Assembly (NCBI GenBank): GCA_018652265.1
Contig: JABICL010000030.1
Coordinates: 6,818 to 70,817 of the forward strand
Length of the DNA stretch: 64,000 bases
Direction of reading: 5' to 3'
DNA from: Candidatus Peribacteria bacterium
Lineage (GTDB): Bacteria; Patescibacteriota; Gracilibacteria; Peribacterales; Peribacteraceae
Shown here: positions 62,172 to 64,000 of the stretch, one piece after another
Position numbering within the stretch: the stretch's first letter is position 1
Layout of the letters: the number at the start of each line of letters is the position of its first letter
Notes under the pieces: generated by a model
What the model saw: only the letters and a program-made list of their open reading frames with translations
The model's database searches: none
What the model was told of the DNA's origin: nothing
Made by a program: the position numbers and the translations under genes

Positions 62172-63734
62172 TCACTCCTCCATGTATCTAAATATTTCCT
62201 TGAATCTCAAGGTTTCACTTAGGCGAAGCCCTGTCCATTTACCTAGGAAGATGTTTACAACAATCGTAAGAAATACAGTTTCTGGATAAGCAATTATAAG
62301 AGATTTCAGAACCGCCCACTGCACTATTACAAAACATACTAGTGCAACAATAACCGTCTCTCCTACTGCCATAAGAGCGTTTCTAAGTCCCATCTCTGCT
62401 TTTACGCTCATAAACTCTTCAGAAAGAGTGGCCATTATAAGAAGTATAAAAATAGTATCTGGAGCCAATGTAATTCCAAAAGAAGCAGCAACCGCAAGTA
62501 CCACTAGAAGCACAAGACTAATAACCGTAAGAATAGTTGCGATCTTTGGAAAATAAAGAAGTCTATACCTCTTCATAAATGCACGAGTTAGATATCCCGC
62601 AAAAAGAATCACAGCAAGAAGCACAAGTCCTATCTCCCATCCAAGTGCAACAAGAGATAATGTAATTACAGCAGGCGTATACAAACCAAATGTAGTCACT
62701 CCTACCACTTGTTTCAGGAAAGTAATAATCGTAAGAATAAGAGGAAGCATAAGTAGAAGAATTATCATCTCGCTACTTACTCCTTTTGTAACCATATAAT
62801 TTACTAGAGTAGAAAGAATATTCCATGGCCTTATGGCAAAAGTTGCTTCGTCTACTATAGAGAAATCTATATCTCTTTTTTCTATCTCAGAAACAAACTC
62901 ATGCACATCCCCTACTTCTATAAGAGGATTTATCGCTTCTTTTCTGGTTATAACTATCTTCTCTGGATCGAGCACAGAGAAAGGCCCCTGAATTACACGC
63001 GAAAGCTGTTGAAGCCCTCCATCGGTTATTAGAACTATTGTTTGTGATCCTATTAGAGAAAGTGTTTCTTCATCTTGCTGCAAAGCTCTAGACAATGCGT
63101 TCATCGCAGTCGCTCCATCTGCCCAGAGAATAATTGCTTCAGCTCCTAGAAATCTATCTGTATTCTCTGCAATCATTTTCGTCATTACATCTTCGGTTCC
63201 AAGCGGAATCGTAAGCGCTTCGGCATGCATTATGTCTACCAATACTCCTTTTTCCTCTCCATTTGATTGATGCAGTGCTAGCTTTTCTTTCTCTACATTT
63301 GGTCCAGCAACTAAAATCAACTTCCTCTTATATACAGTTATATCCTGAGTAACTTCTGCCTCTCTTTTTGTATTGTTTAATAAATCACTAACCTGAAGAG
63401 TAATTTTATATTTACCAGGCTCATTTAATGTAAGTAGTGCTTCTTCGGATGTACTTATAGCCTGTCCATCTCTTAACCACTTATACGATACTGTATCTGG
63501 ATCTGCCGTAGAGTGAGATGCATCTAGAAGAATCTTCTTTCCTTGGCTTACATTCGATGGTCCTGTGATTACTGCTCTAAGTTCACGTGGGGCATCGGAT
63601 ACTTCCGGAACTTGGGCCAGTGCTATATACGGGACAAGTAAAATAGTGACAAGTGACAAGTGACAAGTGACAAGTAACTTTCTGCCCACTGCCCACTGCC
63701 CACTGCCCACTCGTCCAAATTTCAAATAAATCAT
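62172..63734 (-). CDS. PKD domain + unknown alpha/beta domain + 7TM domain of the kind usually fused to an inactive transglutaminase
   Basis: PKD-like (YKWLRDG..GKYKITLQVSD); C-terminal seven helices beginning LKQVVGVTTFGLYTPAV and ending GKWTGLRLSETLRF; N-terminal signal region encoded by heptad blocks. Confidence 0.6.
   Translation of the reverse strand: MIYLKFGRVGSGQWAVGRKLLVTCHLSLVTILLVPYIALAQVPEVSDAPRELRAVITGPSNVSQGKKILLDASHSTADPDTVSYKWLRDGQAISTSEEALLTLNEPGKYKITLQVSDLLNNTKREAEVTQDITVYKRKLILVAGPNVEKEKLALHQSNGEEKGVLVDIMHAEALTIPLGTEDVMTKMIAENTDRFLGAEAIILWADGATAMNALSRALQQDEETLSLIGSQTIVLITDGGLQQLSRVIQGPFSVLDPEKIVITRKEAINPLIEVGDVHEFVSEIEKRDIDFSIVDEATFAIRPWNILSTLVNYMVTKGVSSEMIILLLMLPLILTIITFLKQVVGVTTFGLYTPAVITLSLVALGWEIGLVLLAVILFAGYLTRAFMKRYRLLYFPKIATILTVISLVLLVVLAVAASFGITLAPDTIFILLIMATLSEEFMSVKAEMGLRNALMAVGETVIVALVCFVIVQWAVLKSLIIAYPETVFLTIVVNIFLGKWTGLRLSETLRFKEIFRYMEE
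63645..63710. repeat. Convergent pair of heptad blocks: AGTGACA x4 (plus sense) and AGTGGGC x4 (minus sense)
   Basis: agtgaca x4 at 63645-63672; tgcccac x4 at 63683-63710; together encode GSGQWAVGRKLLVTCHLSLVT. Confidence 0.9.
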
Positions 63735-63759
63735 AAATATTAGAATTACGAATTAAATA

Positions 63760-64000
63760 TTAAGCATGTTGCGCCTTATACTTTTCAATCTGAGATTCCA
63801 ACTTCTCACAACACCTATCTATTGCACTCAGTGCATCTTTTTTTCTAGATTCTGCTCGCAGAGTTTTCCTTGGAAAAGTAACTGTAATCATAACCTTCAC
63901 ACTATCTTTCTCTTTTTTAGTATTTCTAGAAACTGTTTCCACATGTACTACAGAACTCTCATCTTTAATCTTATTGCAATACCTTGTAAGTCTGCCTACC
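63760..64000 (-). CDS. hpf: Ribosome hibernation promoting factor / RaiA family (5-prime end beyond the window)
   Basis: Frame open to the window edge; ..VKVMITVTFPRKTLRAESRKKDALSAIDRCCEKLESQIEKYK.. matches HPF/YfiA C-terminal pattern. Confidence 0.75.
   Translation of the reverse strand, partial: VGRLTRYCNKIKDESSVVHVETVSRNTKKEKDSVKVMITVTFPRKTLRAESRKKDALSAIDRCCEKLESQIEKYKAQHA

Noticed and set aside
63645-63710. Heptad blocks as a CRISPR array or CRISPR remnant
   Set aside because: Units are 7 bp and contiguous, with no spacers. No cas genes are present. The blocks lie inside a coding N-terminus.
1-64000. Alternative genetic code (UGA as sense, as in some candidate phyla)
   Set aside because: Conserved genes end at TGA at the expected protein length (for example lexA at 27078-27080 and the trpR-like gene at 33200-33202). 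Long ORFs need no TGA read-through.

Overview
AT-rich (not computed), very gene-dense 64 kb fragment of a small-genome bacterium. The gene content looks CPR/Patescibacteria-like to me; this is inference, not a search. Supporting points are T4SS-pilin-like mini-proteins, type IV pilins with large extracellular domains, LCP, DUF3048, a four-helix-bundle (23S-IVS family) gene, and almost no Shine-Dalgarno sequences. The standard code applies, since TGA is used as a stop.

I can support about 70 CDS:
- translation and ribosome: frr, pyrH, rpsO, rplJ, rplL, rplY, tig, trpS, rsmA, tsaE, hpf
- DNA repair: recG, ruvC, lexA, uvrC, pcrA
- envelope: MraY/WecA-type transferase, murI, M23 peptidase, LCP, two GT2
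- other: purA, glnA, idi, pnp, rel
- five tRNAs: Arg-TCT, Ile-GAT, Leu-TAA, Gly-GCC, Gly-CCC

I saw no rRNA, CRISPR array, transposase, integrase or phage genes.

The most unusual signals lie outside the ordinary genes:
1. About 14 loci share one architecture of four tandem heptanucleotides plus a degenerate fifth. They sit at gene boundaries, form inverted pairs, and lie in-frame inside three ORFs.
2. Several GC-rich palindromic repeat families are present. One is inserted in-frame in tsaE, pcrA and rsmA (Rickettsia-RPE-like). One flanks an aminotransferase gene as 97 percent identical inverted copies. One forms shared trailers behind tRNAs.
3. A -10 box lies 5-8 nt from the start codon at 20 or more genes, implying leaderless mRNAs.
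4. Two leaderless mini-ORFs (one Met-rich, one Val-rich) sit in terminator/antiterminator leaders.
5. An hpf / 7TM / ATP-grasp-DUF1704 fusion operon looks like a peptide C-terminal ligase-plus-carboxypeptidase system.
6. uvrC carries a GNAT-domain insertion.

All family calls come from motif recognition by eye. Coordinates I derived myself may be off by 1-2 nt. My reading of the printed lines disagreed with the ORF track by 1 nt around 12721-13300, and I followed the ORF track there.
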